Shown: positions 1 to 13,791 of the stretch, piece by piece | How positions within the stretch are numbered: the stretch's first letter is position 1 | Layout of the letters: the number at the start of each line of letters is the position of its first letter | DNA from: Botryllus schlosseri | Taxonomy: Eukaryota | NCBI GenBank assembly: GCA_051294905.1 | Contig: CM119371.1 | Coordinates: forward strand, 23,872,001 to 23,936,000 | Reading direction: 5' to 3' | Length of the DNA stretch: 64,000 nucleotides | Notes under the pieces: model-generated | What the model saw: the letters and a program-made list of their open reading frames with translations, nothing else | Told to the model about the DNA's origin: nothing | Databases searched by the model: none | Translations under genes and position numbers: made by a program

Positions 1-835
1 CTCTGCACTTGGTGAATTCGGCCCTCGGGAAATTTTGTAATGAAGTGTATTAACAGCTATTAATATGAATTATTAAACTAATAATAGTATTATCAAGTGA
101 TTTGTCAATCTTGTAAGGAGGTCAGGGCATCCGAAGCTCACGCAGTCACGGCGTGATTAGATCACGGATTGCGTAGCCGCGGGAAATGACGCAGCGCTCA
201 TATACCGACCACGCGCAGTCTGCTTGGAATCGATGGCGTGAGTGAGGGGCCTGTGTCGTGTAAGTTTTGAGAAGATGGATCCTGTCGTTGTATGTGAGAT
301 CGGAGCTGTGGAAGATCAAGCGGCGCTTCTTCGTTTATCGATCACGACAAGCCAGTGTTTCTCATCAACAAATGTTTCGCATGATCACGTCAAAATAAAT
401 TATTTTTTGCCTTTGGAGAGACGATTCCACTCTGGGGTTAGGGTGTCTCGATAACAGGGTTGAAGGATCCCAAGATTACGAGAACTACCGCGAGCCACGA
501 CACGTTTAAATTACCTTTTTGATACTGTTCATTCATATTAAATGCATTTCTAATGCGAAGGTGTTCTAGTGCCAATTCCTCAAAGGGCCGAGTTCACCAA
601 GTGAAGTGTGTCGCGTTATTTCCCGCGGCTACGCAATCCATGATCTAATCACACCGTGACTGTGTGATCTACGCATGACCTAACCGCCGTACAACATTGA
701 CAACCACTCAAAGTGCCAAGTTCACCAGCAAACAGTCCAGTAACCAATCATGGTGACCGGTACCGCTACGAGATCTACCACGGCCAAATTCACCAAGTGC
801 CCAGTTCACCAAGTGCCGAGTTCACTGGATATCGG
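1..835. mobile_element. Foldback/MITE-like element, left end outside the window
   Basis: ~95-200 is an imperfect inverted copy of ~605-710 (ATTAGATCACGGATTGCGTAGCCGCGGGAAAT vs ATTTCCCGCGGCTACGCAATCCATGATCTAAT); motif GTTCACCAAGTG repeated at ~590 and 785-825 and inverted at 5-25. Confidence 0.55.
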
Positions 836-2319
836 GTAGATACGGAATAATAATGAGAACCGGCCTGGTGTAAAATGACCAGTGTAGTCGAACCACCACC
901 ATGAACACCACAAACAAACAAACATCTAACATGGAAAAGAAATTACCTTTACAGCCTTTGACAAACACAGTTAACATTGAAACCAGCAATTTAGGTCTCA
1001 TTCGAAAGCAGAATAACAACTCTTTTACCTGACATATCAAATCAAATGTTGTAAAGTTCATGTAAAATAGCCCAAAATATTATCTTACTGTGACCTTATT
1101 CTATCAATATGGTCTGGCTAGCCAAATTCTCTGGACCAACATAAGCAAGCTGTGTTTGGATTCGAGGTATAATTGCACTCAAATATCAAATTTTGCTCCA
1201 TTAATCAACATCAAGTTGAAAATGTCCATTCTTGCACCAACTTTTATAAAATCAGGATGCCAGTACGAAGGCAGGTAACCTACGAATCTGTGTTCTACAG
1301 GTATGTATCTATATGACTTATATACCCAGAAAATTCAAGCATAAATATTATGATATAGGTATAGGTACCGGTAATTCAGATATTTGAAGCGACTTGGACA
1401 ACTAGATAATTCTAGTGTTCTAATTTCACTAAATTAGAGCGAAATGCCAGTAATATAATTGTAATCTAATTCGGAAAAAACGGTTTAGCTCTATAATTCT
1501 AACCTGGAAAAGTTGAGACTTTTCTATAGTTGTCTACGCCTGCTTTGAAGAAAGTCAAACAGCTCTAGGCGTCATATACTACAGGCAATTCGAAATACCA
1601 CATAAGCTATATGCTACTGCGTATATACCGTTTACCCGCTACCTCATTCAGTCACAATTACTATATATTTACGGCATTTACCATACAGAAAGAGCGAACT
1701 ATGTCTGGCTGCTACATGTTTCGAGTCAAATCTTTGTCCCGCGCGATGACGTAAAATTTGAATCGCCGAAATATTCTAGAAGTCACGCATCGATAATCAT
1801 ATTCCTAAACGTACAAGTACATCTCACTTATTTAGTTATTCTCTGAATAAAACTATTATCCATACTCGTTGAACATACGAGATTACAGAAAGAGCGAATA
1901 TACATATAATGAAGATCATATATATCAGAAGAAAACGAAACTGTTCGACCTTAGAGCAACAACACGAATATACAACACCGGTGACATCCTCACGCAATAA
2001 AACGAAGGGAGAACATTGTTTTCTAATGGATATAACGAAGCTACCGCATGAGATCGAACAAAACCGGATAGTAATTTATCGTTATTGAATGTAACACAAA
2101 CATTATCCTTTCTACGTATTTGAGACGTACCCGCAAGTGATCGAAAATTCGCATTATTAGGTTAACAACGGGATATAACGAAGTCTAACGCATGCCATGG
2201 GACATGGAACGATTTGGAGTTTAAAGTCTAACGCATGCCATGGAACGATTTGGAGTTTATTCTGATTGAATATAACCACAATACCACCCTACTACGTATT
2301 TTAGACATTCCCCTGACAC

Positions 2320-3190
2320 TTAGAAAATCAGAACCTAATCGAGATGATCCCGGATTATCCTTTTACGGTTTTGTGCTTGTTGGGTATGAATTGCTGGTTT
2401 GGAGATAAGGGCGACGCTGAGAGCGAATCCGGGTGGTGTTGGTTTAGAAGGCGAATCCTGCGTATTGTTGAATCGATTGTTGAATAGGGACGGCCACAAT
2501 GATTCGAGTACTCTGTTTCTCATAGTCGTTATCCAGGGGCGGTAAAAGTGCCCTAAAGTGTCTTAAATATATATCGAAGTCCGCACAGTTCGTCAGTGCT
2601 CTAGCCTCAATTATCACGCATTATGGCACTGGGCTTCTCTTCTCCCGACGCCATCAAAAATTGAGGTAGGCCTACTTTATACGCCAGAGGCCTATACCCC
2701 CGAAACTTGGAAATATGCGAAACTTTGCATCTTCATAAGTGAATGTTAACTAACTTGAGAACAGGAATTTCACTAAAATACTACAACTTTCCGGGAAAGC
2801 TTCCAGTAAACTGTTGATATCCCACACCCGATATCTAAGCGAATTGCTGAGTTGAGTGTGTGACTTTCTTGCCGGGTAAAGGCTAATTGTTCCAAAGATA
2901 CCCATGCGACGTATTTCACGTTTTAAAATCGACCAGAACGAGGCATTACTAGACTCGGAAGTAATCGAGTTTGAGAATTGGGCGGAACAAATAGTGGATA
3001 TATCGGCAATTATTGTTCCTCGGTGCTCTTTCCGGGGTAGTTCCAAACAGAAGATTCAAATTCATGGGTTTTGCGATACCTCATAAATAGCATATGGCGT
3101 GATAGTATACATTGTATATATGATATATGACTGACGAAGATTTCGTTCTTTTGCTTGAGACAAATTTTTTCAAGAAATTTTATTTCGACA
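2320..3190 (+). pseudogene. Degenerate BEL/Pao LTR-retrotransposon pol fragment (RT to RNase H)
   Basis: QNLIEMIP/IILLRF at ~2330-2370 resembles the Pao RT start (GPNL..IP.ILLRFR); KIDQNEAL...IVPRC...IQIHGFCDTS*IAYGVIVY at 2904-3110 matches the Pao RNase H motif LHGFxDASxxAYGAVVY; stops and frameshifts present. Confidence 0.75.
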
Positions 3191-3559
3191 CCGTAGGTTG
3201 AGTAGCAGGAATAGGACAATTTTCAATTTTTCCTTTCTGTTTTGGTGGCATATTCATTATTCATATGAAAATAATGATTGTTTGATTAATGATTACCACA
3301 TCCCTGACAGAGGGTTATATTTTCAAAATGCCATTGAATTTTTTAAACGCATTGGTATCATTGATGAGAATTTACGTCTTCCATTTCTACCTGTATAGTA
3401 TATTTGATAAACTAATTATTTTTGCAATTTCGATCATGGAATGAGAAAGTAGGTAGGTAAAGGAAAATATTGCACCACTCTCATGAATTAAATCATCACT
3501 AGAACTACGTAAAATCTCCCCGGAATCACAGAATCTGAATAAATTTTACCATACTCTAC

Positions 3560-3830
3560 CGGTGGGTTGTTTTTGTTTGTTGTTTCTGGTATTGATGGTG
3601 TTTGTCGACTACTATGGTCATTTACACCAGGCCAATTTTCATTATTTAATTCCGTCGCTGCTGACTTGTAGCACGGCTCACTTCTAGGCTTTATAAGACA
3701 CCGCTTACACGGATAAGATGGCGAGGAGGAGCCTAGATAAACCTCGAACACTTAGGTGAGAATTTAGGTGTCGACCTCGGTCGGACTCGCACCAGCAACC
3801 CTATGTTACAATAACCATTTCGCGTCAAAC
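3560..3830 (-). mobile_element. tRNA-related SINE, family 2 (other copies ~6000-6130 +, ~32090-32350 -, ~47640-47810 -)
   Basis: Shared blocks GTTTGTCGACTACTATGGTCATTTACACCAGGCC and TAGATAAACCTCxAACACTT; B-box-like GGTTCGAGTCCGACC seen in the 6045 and 32310 copies. Confidence 0.6.
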
Positions 3831-4191
3831 GTGAAGGTACATCTTGGGACTTCGTATGTAGCCAGCTACGAGTAATTTCTAAACGTATGCGACCCGACTA
3901 AATATACTTTGGACACATTTAGACTTGGCATTTTCAGATCTTTTCGTCTTTTACTTGAAGCAGTTGTGACATGTCTTAGAAATGACCACTTCTACTTGAA
4001 ATTAAGAAGAAATATGAGGAGTTACTTGTTATATTTAAATAGCAACTCTGGTCAGTTCAACCACCTCTGGTTTACAGTAAAATATTACAGCAAATCAGAA
4101 ACCATTCTGAAAATGTAAACGTCAATATAATCAGAACTGTAGAGACGTTTACCCATGCAAAACAGAACTTAGCAAATACATTATCATTCAG

Positions 4192-4359
4192 GTTTCGAAG
4201 CTGTCGATCTGGGATAGTACTATGACCTCAGATGTCTACAGTCATGTCGCGGCTATTATCGGTATCACGGGATGTTCGACAGTATTTTTTGGTAACTGCA
4301 ATTTGACGAAACAGAAATTGGACTGTTTCAAGACGACTGGCAAGGAAAATCAAATATCT
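4192..4359 (+). CDS. LRR-cassette exon A1 (56 aa, phase 0-0) of a spliced LRR gene
   Basis: ttatcattcag|GTT...TCT|gtaaga; 168 nt, no stop; VSKLSIWDSTMTSDVYSHVAAIIGITGCSTVFFGNCNLTKQKLDCFKTTGKENQIS; paralogous to 12405-12572. Confidence 0.85.
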
Positions 4360-4635
4360 GTAAGATGCATAGTTTGATGATGGAATTGCCGTTATAAAAA
4401 TGTATTTTTCCAATATCAGGACAAGAAAATGGGACGTAGCACGAATAAGACGACAGTGTCACGAACATTCTCAATATAATTTTGTCAAATTTTAAACACG
4501 ATCACGTCGCGATCTATATTGATAGCAGCTTCTGTTATCCTACCTTTCTTAAACAAAGAAAAATATCAACCTTCATCCACTCCACACTGTATTTGAAGAG
4601 CAATCAGTAATGGTAAAATAATTCCTATTTTACAG

Positions 4636-4803
4636 CTTTCAAGTCTGCAAATCACCGATGTCAAAATGCCAGCCGGAAGTTACCGTGAAATCGCAATTAC
4701 ACTCAAGTCCATCGATTGCGCAGAGATAACGTTCCAAAACTGCGAATTGACGAAACGGAAACTCTCTGAATTCTACACTGGGTGTAAAGACAATCATACA
4801 ACT
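4636..4803 (+). CDS. LRR-cassette exon B1 (56 aa, phase 0-0)
   Basis: tattttacag|CTT...ACT|gtaagt; 168 nt; LSSLQITDVKMPAGSYREIAITLKSIDCAEITFQNCELTKRKLSEFYTGCKDNHTT. Confidence 0.87.
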
Positions 4804-7289
4804 GTAAGTTGGAATAATGTTCGCTAGACTTTCATTGCTTACATACAGATATATTCAAAAGGGTGATCGCGGTGCACCTGTTGATAGCGAGACCCGACCG
4901 ACATACCACGCACCAATATTTAGTGAAACGGCTATGTTGACAGGAATTTTTCATTTGTAATGAGATTTGTAGACCACGGTAGCCAACAACCTGCCAGTGA
5001 TCACTCCTTGGTTTGGATCGTATGAACCTAAAGTTGCACAATGAATTATTGACGGGATATCCGATACTTGTTATGCTTTTCATTGGTGCAAGTACTGTTA
5101 GCAATTAAGGATAGTAACATAACATCATTCATTTTATGAAGCGCATACGGAGTATTGTCGTAAGAAGCGGTGTGATTCGCTAGCTCGGAGGTGTAATCAA
5201 AATCAGTATTGAACGTTAATGAGCCGTTAGCACAAGTCATGATTTTTTATGATTTCATATTTTAAAGTCCGATACACCCGTGCTGGTGGAATGGGCACAT
5301 AATTGTCAGTGGGGTCATCTATTCATGTTGACACCTAGTATTGCTGTACTTAAAATCAATTACTATTTTCAAGCATAGCTGTTACATTATTTTAATCCAG
5401 TGACTTCCTTGGACTGAGCGACATCCCAGCAAAATTATTGTGGCGTTAGCGGTTGAATCGCGGCCTGCCTCGTGGATTCGCCGTGTCAATTTAGGCCCAT
5501 GAAAGCTGTACGAGTCGCCTTATTAGTTTCAACCTAGATCGGGAGTGGCCAAAAGTTTTGATCAAAGGACTGCTATGTATGAGGGGTCGCGCGTGTTTTG
5601 ACTCCGGAAATTTGAATATTATAAAGTGGATTTTGCCTACTTGCATTACTTACTGAAGTCGTTTTGTTTTAAGACTACTTCTTCTTTTATCCGGACAGTG
5701 TTTTGGATAGACTACTTACTTTTTCAATTTAGATTTGAAACGAGAAAGCAGTTTATAGATAAGATTGCACCACTGTCGTGATTTAAACTGTAATTAGAAC
5801 CGTATGAAATAACACCATAATCAAAGTATGCCTACCTGAATATATTTTCCCTAGATTCCACCTGAGGGTAATTTTATAATAGCCATTGTCGTTCGGTCTG
5901 GAAGACACATGTTGCGGTTTCGTATGTAGACACCTCCGAGTAACTGCTAAACATATGCAGCCCCTACTAAAAAAAACTTTAGACGCATTCTGACGGCGGG
6001 GTAGCGTGGTGGTATGATCGACAGCTATAGCACCAAAAGGTTGTGGGTTCGAGTCCGACCGCCACATGATCCATGTAAGTGCAGTCCTATAATAAGCCTA
6101 GAAGTCGGCCGTACTAAAAGTAGGAAAATACGGAATCAAAAATAAAAGAATATAGGGCTGGCATAAAATCTCCAATGCAGTCGAAACACCATGAATATCA
6201 AAACAAAAAACACATTCTAACTTTATACTTTTCAGAGTTTTCATTTTCTAATCCACAAAGAACACAACCTTCAGCAGGACAGATAGATAGTTTAATATTT
6301 TGTGTTACGTGGATTACGCTTAACACACAGTCAGACCATAATATTGGCAACGGTAATTGTCCAATTCATAGTAAGCAGCGAAGCAGAAGGGAATAGAAAG
6401 ACGCGGTAACGATAAGTCAGCATTATACAGTGCAACGGAAGACTAATCATATGAAGATCATGATTGTTAGGTTACGGATCACCATACATCCCGCAAGTAG
6501 GGTTATATTTGCAAGATGCCATTGCATTTATGAAACGCATAGGTATCATTAACGAGAATTGTCCTAAGAGACGAGAAAGTTGGATATATCGAAGGGCTAA
6601 TTCAAAATGAGCAAAGTATTGAATGATAAGATATGCAAATCGATTCAGAATGTAGGCTACAGTAACAGATGATCCATTTCGCACATGTTATGGTCGGTAT
6701 TATTTCCTACACGAAAGCCATGTATATTCGTAATCTGAAGGATAAAGTGAGGGCGCAAAGCTTTGGTTATGACTATGTGTGAAATGTATCAAAAAATACC
6801 TATCATCATTATTAGACATTTTCGTCAATTTTTCGACGTAATTGATACTTGAATTGGCATATAATAGACACCGGAATTTTCTTTCTGTTGGCAGCTAGTA
6901 TCGTTGCACTTAAACAGCATTTTATTCTCATACACAGCGGTTAAATAAAGTTGATGTATAAACGAGCTTCCACTGTTCGACATTCTTCTGAAATTCTCGT
7001 GACGCATCGGTTCCAGGGCCATGGGAAGTCTCATGCATCGTACCAATTTGGACTGTGAAAGCTGTCCGAGTTGCTTTCGTATGCACTAACATGATCTAGT
7101 GTAGCCATCATGTTTGTTCAAAGGGCGACAAACATTTACGAGTGATCACTCGGGTGATAAACGGAAGAAGGCGATGTCTAAGCCAGCTCAATTTTTTCGT
7201 CCGGGTAACGGCTGCCTTACATTATGCTGAAAAAAGCTAGCTGATGACAAACAAAATGTCAGCAGATAAATTTTAGATAGCAACTAGAT

Positions 7290-8712
7290 CAGCGGTTCTC
7301 GACCGGGGGTCCGCGGACCCCTAGGGGTCCGCGAGACCTCTAAATTTTTAAAATGGTTGATAACCTAATTTTTATTTTATTTTTTAATTTGAGAAAGCAC
7401 AACGCAGTTTTGCACCACAACTGCTAAAACCTCATGACTCGTATCATCATAATAATCGTCTGACATGAACTATCGTAGTGTGGAAAATCATTTTCATTGC
7501 CAATTTTGCAATAAAACTGCTGTTTAGAGACGTTTTGTTGGGGTTTGTGGAAAAATAAAAATATGGAGATGGTAACGTCGATTAGGGTGACTTCGTAATG
7601 TATGCGAAACCTTCTCGGTGCGAAGTTGTCAGTCTCATCAAATTAGTGAACAGTCGTTTGAAATAAAAATTTCAGAAGTATTTCCCTAATTTGTCCCAAT
7701 GCAGGGATTGAAACCTCGGCACGAAATCCATTTTATCCTGTGATATGCATAACGACTATTAGAACAGCTTCTTTGAGGTACAGAACTTCAATATACAATT
7801 AAATAGTATATTCATAATGAAATGAGCCCGAGTACTTTCGGCTGACACTCGTCATAAATCGGGCAATTATATACCTGCTTTTAAAGCTCGGCTCTCAGAT
7901 TTGGCACATTCTTATTGCGGATTCCGTATCGACAAGGCTGGTTTTTGATGAGCAAGGAGTGTTTCGTTATGCTATCAAAACATTACGCTCCAACCCTGAA
8001 ATTCGTATCACCAGTTATATTGGTATGCAGCCCTTTCTTGTTAATGTTCAGTTATTCATGGTCGAAAATGTTTGCTGGTAAATAGGCCTATATATGTAAA
8101 CCCGAACATAACAGGTCGTTTCATGACAGTCTTTCTCAGGTTGGAAAACTTGGATCCATTCTTTGGCGTATAAAATTTGTCTATACTTTTAGATTAGAAT
8201 TTCACTTTGTCGGTAGAAACTCTCTGCGGGCCGATCTGCGGGTCCGTATGTTGCCCTTCCCTGCGCTAGATGCTAGACGTGATATGTTCATAAAATATTT
8301 GTTTCTTCATTTTGGTGTCATAAATGTTGCGATCACACCAAACGTATCGTCGGAAGCGTAATGCGGTAATATTGCATTAGCCTCCATCTATATTTGCGGA
8401 AATGGTTTTCGGCACTCCTCGTTCATATCAAAACGAAGACGCGGATTTTCAAGACACGACCACGTACTTACAGCAGCAAAATTAGCTTTGAAATAATAAA
8501 AGTCCACCAATTTCTTCATAAATAGTATGATGTTATTTTCAAGAAAAATCATTATTTTGCTGTTTATCACAAGCCTACAGTTCATATTCGCACAAAAACA
8601 GATGAAGGTTGCACCATAATAGAGCTATAATTGAACTAAAGCTTGAGGGGGTTCGCGAGGGTCCGTCACGGTAAAAAGGGGTCCGCGAAGCCAAAAAGGT
8701 TGAGAACCACTG
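7290..8712. mobile_element. Non-autonomous hAT (Buster/Charlie-type) MITE
   Basis: TIRs CAGCGGTTCTCGACC / GGTTGAGAACCACTG; perfect 8-bp TSD AACTAGAT (7282-7289, 8713-8720). Confidence 0.9.
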
Positions 8713-9145
8713 AACTAGATGGAAGTACAATGAGGCTGTGCAGGTGTTATGACCGTGATGGTATTATAGACAAAGAAAGAAAAGACTAAATGCCAATTTC
8801 CAGAAATGCAACGCAACAGAAAATACGTAGGCGATTAATTTAAAATCATATGGTATTTTGGTAAGTAGCGCGTAGCTCATGCTGAGAGTTCTTTAGGCTC
8901 TCATCTTGGTCGAGCATTGCCTATATTCTATATGCATCACTATTTTATTTGAACAGCATCAATATGGAAAGCGCTGTTCATTGACACATTGTCCTAAATA
9001 AGTTGATAACTTGATCGCACAGAGAAGACTGTTTCGATTATGTTATATGCCAAGCCGCCAAATATCGATATATGGAGAAGTAAACAGCCAGCGTTATATA
9101 CCCGTCAGAAATAGCTAATGAATTGCAAATACTATAAGTCTTCAA

Positions 9146-10014
9146 CAGTGGTTCCCACGATGGGCGATATAGCCCCCCACTGGGCGATAATTTTGAGAAA
9201 CAAGGTTGCGCGAAAATACCAAAGAAGGCGACTGGTGGCGATGGTGTCCAAATGTTTGAACCTACAGCAGTGGCTCCCAACCTTTTTCGGCTCATCGCCC
9301 CCTTTTGAAGCTCCACATCGATCATCGCCCCCCAAATATCGGGAACCTCGAAACAGCACTTCGTCAGGCCCCCCAAAACGTTGGTATTTGGCCCCATATG
9401 GTGATAAACCAGACCCCCTCAGCCAGTGGGCTTTTTGTCGCTACATATCGGATATACCCTATTTCATGTACTGTTTGGTGGTAAATCACCGTATTTCGCC
9501 TAAACGCGCGAAGCGCGATAAATTTCTATAATTCATGTTTGAATCGGTAAATATGATCGGGAATTGCATTCGTTGTTTTCGCCCCCTTTCTCCCCCTTCA
9601 TCCGTTTTCGCCCCCCATCGCCCCTTCGTTATTTTCGCCCCCTGGACCGCTAAATCGCCCCTGGGGGGGGGGGGCGATATCGCCCACGTTGGGAACCACT
9701 GACCTACAGTGTGGTATAGTTAATTACCACGGCCAAAAATATACGTGAAGGAGGCTTATTAAGCATATGGGGCGAAAGTTGATTGTAATATAGGTCAACT
9801 CAACGGAAAGTAGACGTGGAAATCAGTTTTCAGTGTTCCGGGCGCCTTCCAGGAAAAAATTACATTTATTTCTGAGTTTTTCCCGTTTATGTCCTCTTTT
9901 ACGGAACCGTAAATAATGATCGCGAAAATTTGTGTCGAACTTTATAGGTGGTGCGGGGGGTGGTGGTGGGGGGGGGGGGGGGTACGGTGATTCGAAAAAG
10001 GTTCGGGACCACTG
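9146..10014. mobile_element. hAT MITE hosting a nested related copy
   Basis: CAGTGGTTCCCACG...GGTTCGGGACCACTG termini; TSD degenerate. Confidence 0.55.
9268..9701. mobile_element. hAT MITE (nested)
   Basis: TIRs CAGTGGCTCCCAAC / GTTGGGAACCACTG; perfect TSD ACCTACAG; internal TCGCCCCC motifs. Confidence 0.9.
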
Positions 10015-10221
10015 ATGTACAACAGGATCTGGGATGAAAGAAATGTCGACTTGTAATCCCATCAAACGGACATTAGTTATTGGAAATATATATTTTATGA
10101 GTATACTGGCAGTATTGGCACATACGTCGAATAGACTATATAAGATTTGATGTGGCAGCAGCAGTCAATCATTTGTTTTGAACGAACTCGTTTTGCTATT
10201 TCATTAAATATTATATATAAT

Positions 10222-11025
10222 GAATGGATGGGCAAACTGCGGCTCATTCAGCCTTTGATTGCGGCTCTTCAATTATATTGCAGAGGGGTTTCGCCATTTA
10301 CCCGGAATATAAATTGATGCAATCAATCGCGAATTGTTTTCGTGTCGTTTCTTTATGGTTTACGAAAGACTTGTAAAATTTAGGAAGAGGTGGCACTAGA
10401 GTTAAAACTTGAAATTGCACTCTCGAATCTATTTCACAATCGTTTCACCCTCAACAATAGTGCCTGATCATCCATCTATGATAAACCATTGTGATCAACA
10501 ATGCACTTGATAATTTATCACGCCAACGCGGGTCACAATCATTTCTGGGCTAGCAATGGCGATACTGCTCTTCGATTTTTATTGCAAATGCTAGCAATAA
10601 CGGCAGAGTCTGACCAAGAAAATGTCGTCTAGCGATAATTGCAAGAAAAGAAAGTATGAACAGTAAAATAGAACGGTAACTAGAAACGTTAATACGAAAC
10701 CAAACAACAAAACTTTGTCACGAGTTACCCAACGGAGACGAATTTACAGAGTATTAAAATTACCGAGCTGAAACCTTCCTTACATTCTAATCAGAACTTA
10801 AAGAAGCTGCTCCGTACTGATTTGTCGTCATATCAGTCAGATTTCATACACCTGGAAGCCCAGGTGGAGACGCATCGTTTCGCCACACACTATTAAACTA
10901 AGTTCGATAGCCAGGATTTTATTTGGACGAAATATATCCGTATTTCATAGTTTCTGTGTTGTGGCTATTTTAACGCTAAGATTTTTGATATGCGGCTCAC
11001 GCATGAAGCAGGTCTTTCCACCCTG
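10222..11025 (+). mobile_element. Internally deleted hAT (SPIN/GTF2IRD2-like Buster) element
   Basis: Degenerate TIRs (..GATGGGCAAAC / TCTTTCCACCCTG), GCGGCTC subterminal motifs, remnant N-terminus MSSSDNCKKRKYEQ*NR (~10622) and C-terminus NLKKLLRTDLSSYQSDFIHLEAQ (~10795). Confidence 0.55.
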
Positions 11026-12404
11026 ATATATATATAGTCGTATAACAACTTGTACGCCGTGAAGGAACGGAGTTCATGGGTGGATATGTTCGTCACAACA
11101 ATTTTTAGCCTTCACCAAATCGAAAAGGGTTGAAGATCACCGCTTTAGAGAGTGAACCCCTATACTCAAAAATATTCAAAACATTGCATCTACATAAGAA
11201 AGTCCCTTAAAACAGCACTATTTTTCTGCTATAATTTCGACAGATCATTATGGATCACCGTTCTCGAATTTACGTGTCTAATAACTGACCCAATTACACA
11301 TCAAAACGATCTTATGATATCAGATTGCCTTTTTCAGACACTGCGGAATTTCTCGACCACGTTGAAACACATTTTTATGTTAGCCAATACGCAGTCAATC
11401 CAACGCTGAAATTTTGTCACTTCGTTTTGTCGACAAAATGACTGTACACAAAGAATAAGTGAGCGACCCTTGGACTCTTTTAATGCTTTTGATCACTACA
11501 ACCAAATCCCACAGGTCAGGAGCAGTTATAAATTGTTGTTGGCTTTCTTGTAAGGCACCGATAAGAATTGCGATGATAGTTAGGGCAGACCCCTATATCC
11601 GACGAGTAACTAAAAATGACAAAAGTATCGAGTGGCATGGAAATAAAATCTGAATACGCCGCAACCGCCAATCCGGATTGTAAACTTTTAGTTTTTTAGT
11701 AGTCGTCATTTATCAGACATTTCTGACATTGGAATGGACAGATAAAATCGACATTATACGTTACTCTTGCTGTCGACACAAGTAGCCCTAAACAGAAAAA
11801 AACATAAAGAGTTCCCAAACTTGGCATTTACTTTACTTTAATTTTGATATCTATCTGTAAGTTCATTTAATGTACGGGAAACTTACAGATATGTATATTA
11901 GTTTTCGCCAATTTGTTGACATATTTGATATTGCAGTTCCTATATCATCGAAAATAGAATTATTTCTTGCTGTCGACGGCGAATATCCCTACACTCAAAA
12001 AGCATCTACTATTTTAAAGCATAATAGTTACAATCTTGGTATCAACTCGCATTCGACTCACGTAGAACAAGCCCGAAAGAATCAAGTCCGATATTGGGCA
12101 ATCCAGTATCGAACCGGAATAGCCATATCCACCAATCACCATAGCATATTACAAAGTATACTAAGTGCATTTGTATCGAATGCGAAAAGAATTGTTTCTG
12201 AGCAGATTATCACGGATTTACCGTCTCCAATTTGGTAGTCTAGTTAGTAATGCATTCCCACCTCAGAGAAATGGTTTTATGACACCTGAAATGGCTCTCG
12301 ATTAGTTCAGGTAACTACGCGAAATGAATGTAAGACATTCCAGCGAGCAATTATGTCATTGTCTCGACTAATCAATACTGACAAGTTGCATCGTTATCAT
12401 TCAG

Positions 12405-12572
12405 CTTGCCAAGCTGTCGTTATGGGATGGTACGATGACGTCGGATATATATGGCCTCGTTGCGGATATTATCAGCATCACGGGATGTTCGACTATATTT
12501 TTTGGAGAATGCGATTTGACGAAACTAAAGTTGCAAGCTTTCACCGAAACCGGCAAGAATAACAAGATATCT
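12405..12572 (+). CDS. LRR-cassette exon A2 (56 aa, phase 0-0)
   Basis: ttatcattcag|CTT...TCT|gtaagt; 168 nt; LAKLSLWDGTMTSDIYGLVADIISITGCSTIFFGECDLTKLKLQAFTETGKNNKIS. Confidence 0.85.
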
Positions 12573-12711
12573 GTAAGTTGCAAATTTTGCTGATTGATTT
12601 GTTCGGATTTAAATAATTCGTATTACGAAAAGAAGTACCAAGAAGTAAATCGACCACTGTAAACCGTAATTATAAATCAATCCGATATGGTGATTATATC
12701 TTATTTCCTAG

Positions 12712-12879
12712 CTCTCGAAGCTGCACATAAGAGATGTCAAAATGCCCGCCGAATGTTACCGCGAAATCGCAACCACACTCAAGTCCATCAGTTGCAAAGA
12801 GATATTGTTCGGACACAGTGAATTGACGAGTCCGAAGCTTTCTGAATTCTACACTGGATGTAAAGACAACGATATAACT
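12712..12879 (+). CDS. LRR-cassette exon B2 (56 aa, phase 0-0)
   Basis: tatttcctag|CTC...ACT|gtaagt; 168 nt; LSKLHIRDVKMPAECYREIATTLKSISCKEILFGHSELTSPKLSEFYTGCKDNDIT (partly seen as ORF 12742..12936). Confidence 0.87.
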
Positions 12880-13791
12880 GTAAGTTCATTTAATGTACAG
12901 ACAACGTGCATTGCTTGTATCACGAGTGCTCGCTAAGTTTTCGTTCGGTTTCTTATTCCTACACGCATATAACGCAATAATACTAATCCCAGAATATAAT
13001 GCGTTTGACGAGTGATATTGACATTACTTATTTCGGGGATTAGATCAACGGGAATTCTGTGCTCGAAAAGTAGTTGGAAATTTCTCCAAATAGTGAGCAC
13101 ACAATTCAACATTGACTAAATCGACAAAATGAATTTGTGAGCGATGGTTTTGATCGCTGCGAGGAATTCCCGCAAGTGAGAAACAGTTGAAAAATGGCAT
13201 TGACTTTATTGCAACGCACTGATAAGAATTGCGATGATAGTTGGGGTAGCCGAGTAAATGAGAGGAGTAAGGGAAAATGAAATGAGTACCGAGTGCTATT
13301 CAAATCCGTTCTGAATACGCCGTCAAGGATAATATAGCTTGTACAGTACATTGTTGGATTTTCTAGATTAAAATGCAATACAATCATAATTTCATTGCCA
13401 AAGTTAATGACGACAAGAACTGTGGGGTGTAAGAAGAATGAATCAGCAAATTCGTAGACATGATGCTTATCTTTGTCGCCATTTCTCGACATTTTTGACA
13501 CTGGAAGGGGCAGATAATCAAAATTGGAATCATTTTGCGCTGTCGACGTCAGTATCTATGCACAGAAATACATCTAGCCTACTATTATCATACTAGATTC
13601 AGATATCGGTTTTAATTGAGTGACAACATCGTGAATTTCTCGGCTATGACGTATACTGTTTGAACCGTGTGATGTTTCATACATTCTTCGCACAATTGAA
13701 TCGGAGGAAATATTGTGAATAGCATCTGACCTGTTGCAGAGACTCCAATAAATACGAGACTTCAATATATTTTTTTCATACCGATTTCGGA

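Noticed and set aside
9823..10065. Poly-proline ORF
   Set aside because: Arises from a G-run inside a hAT MITE; no coding support.
12742..12936. Stand-alone 64-aa Cys-rich ORFs (also 26528..26722 and 44052..44342) as small peptides
   Set aside because: Conservation across all paralogs starts at an upstream AG and ends at gtaagt, and copy B4 lacks the Met. They are internal exons read through into introns.
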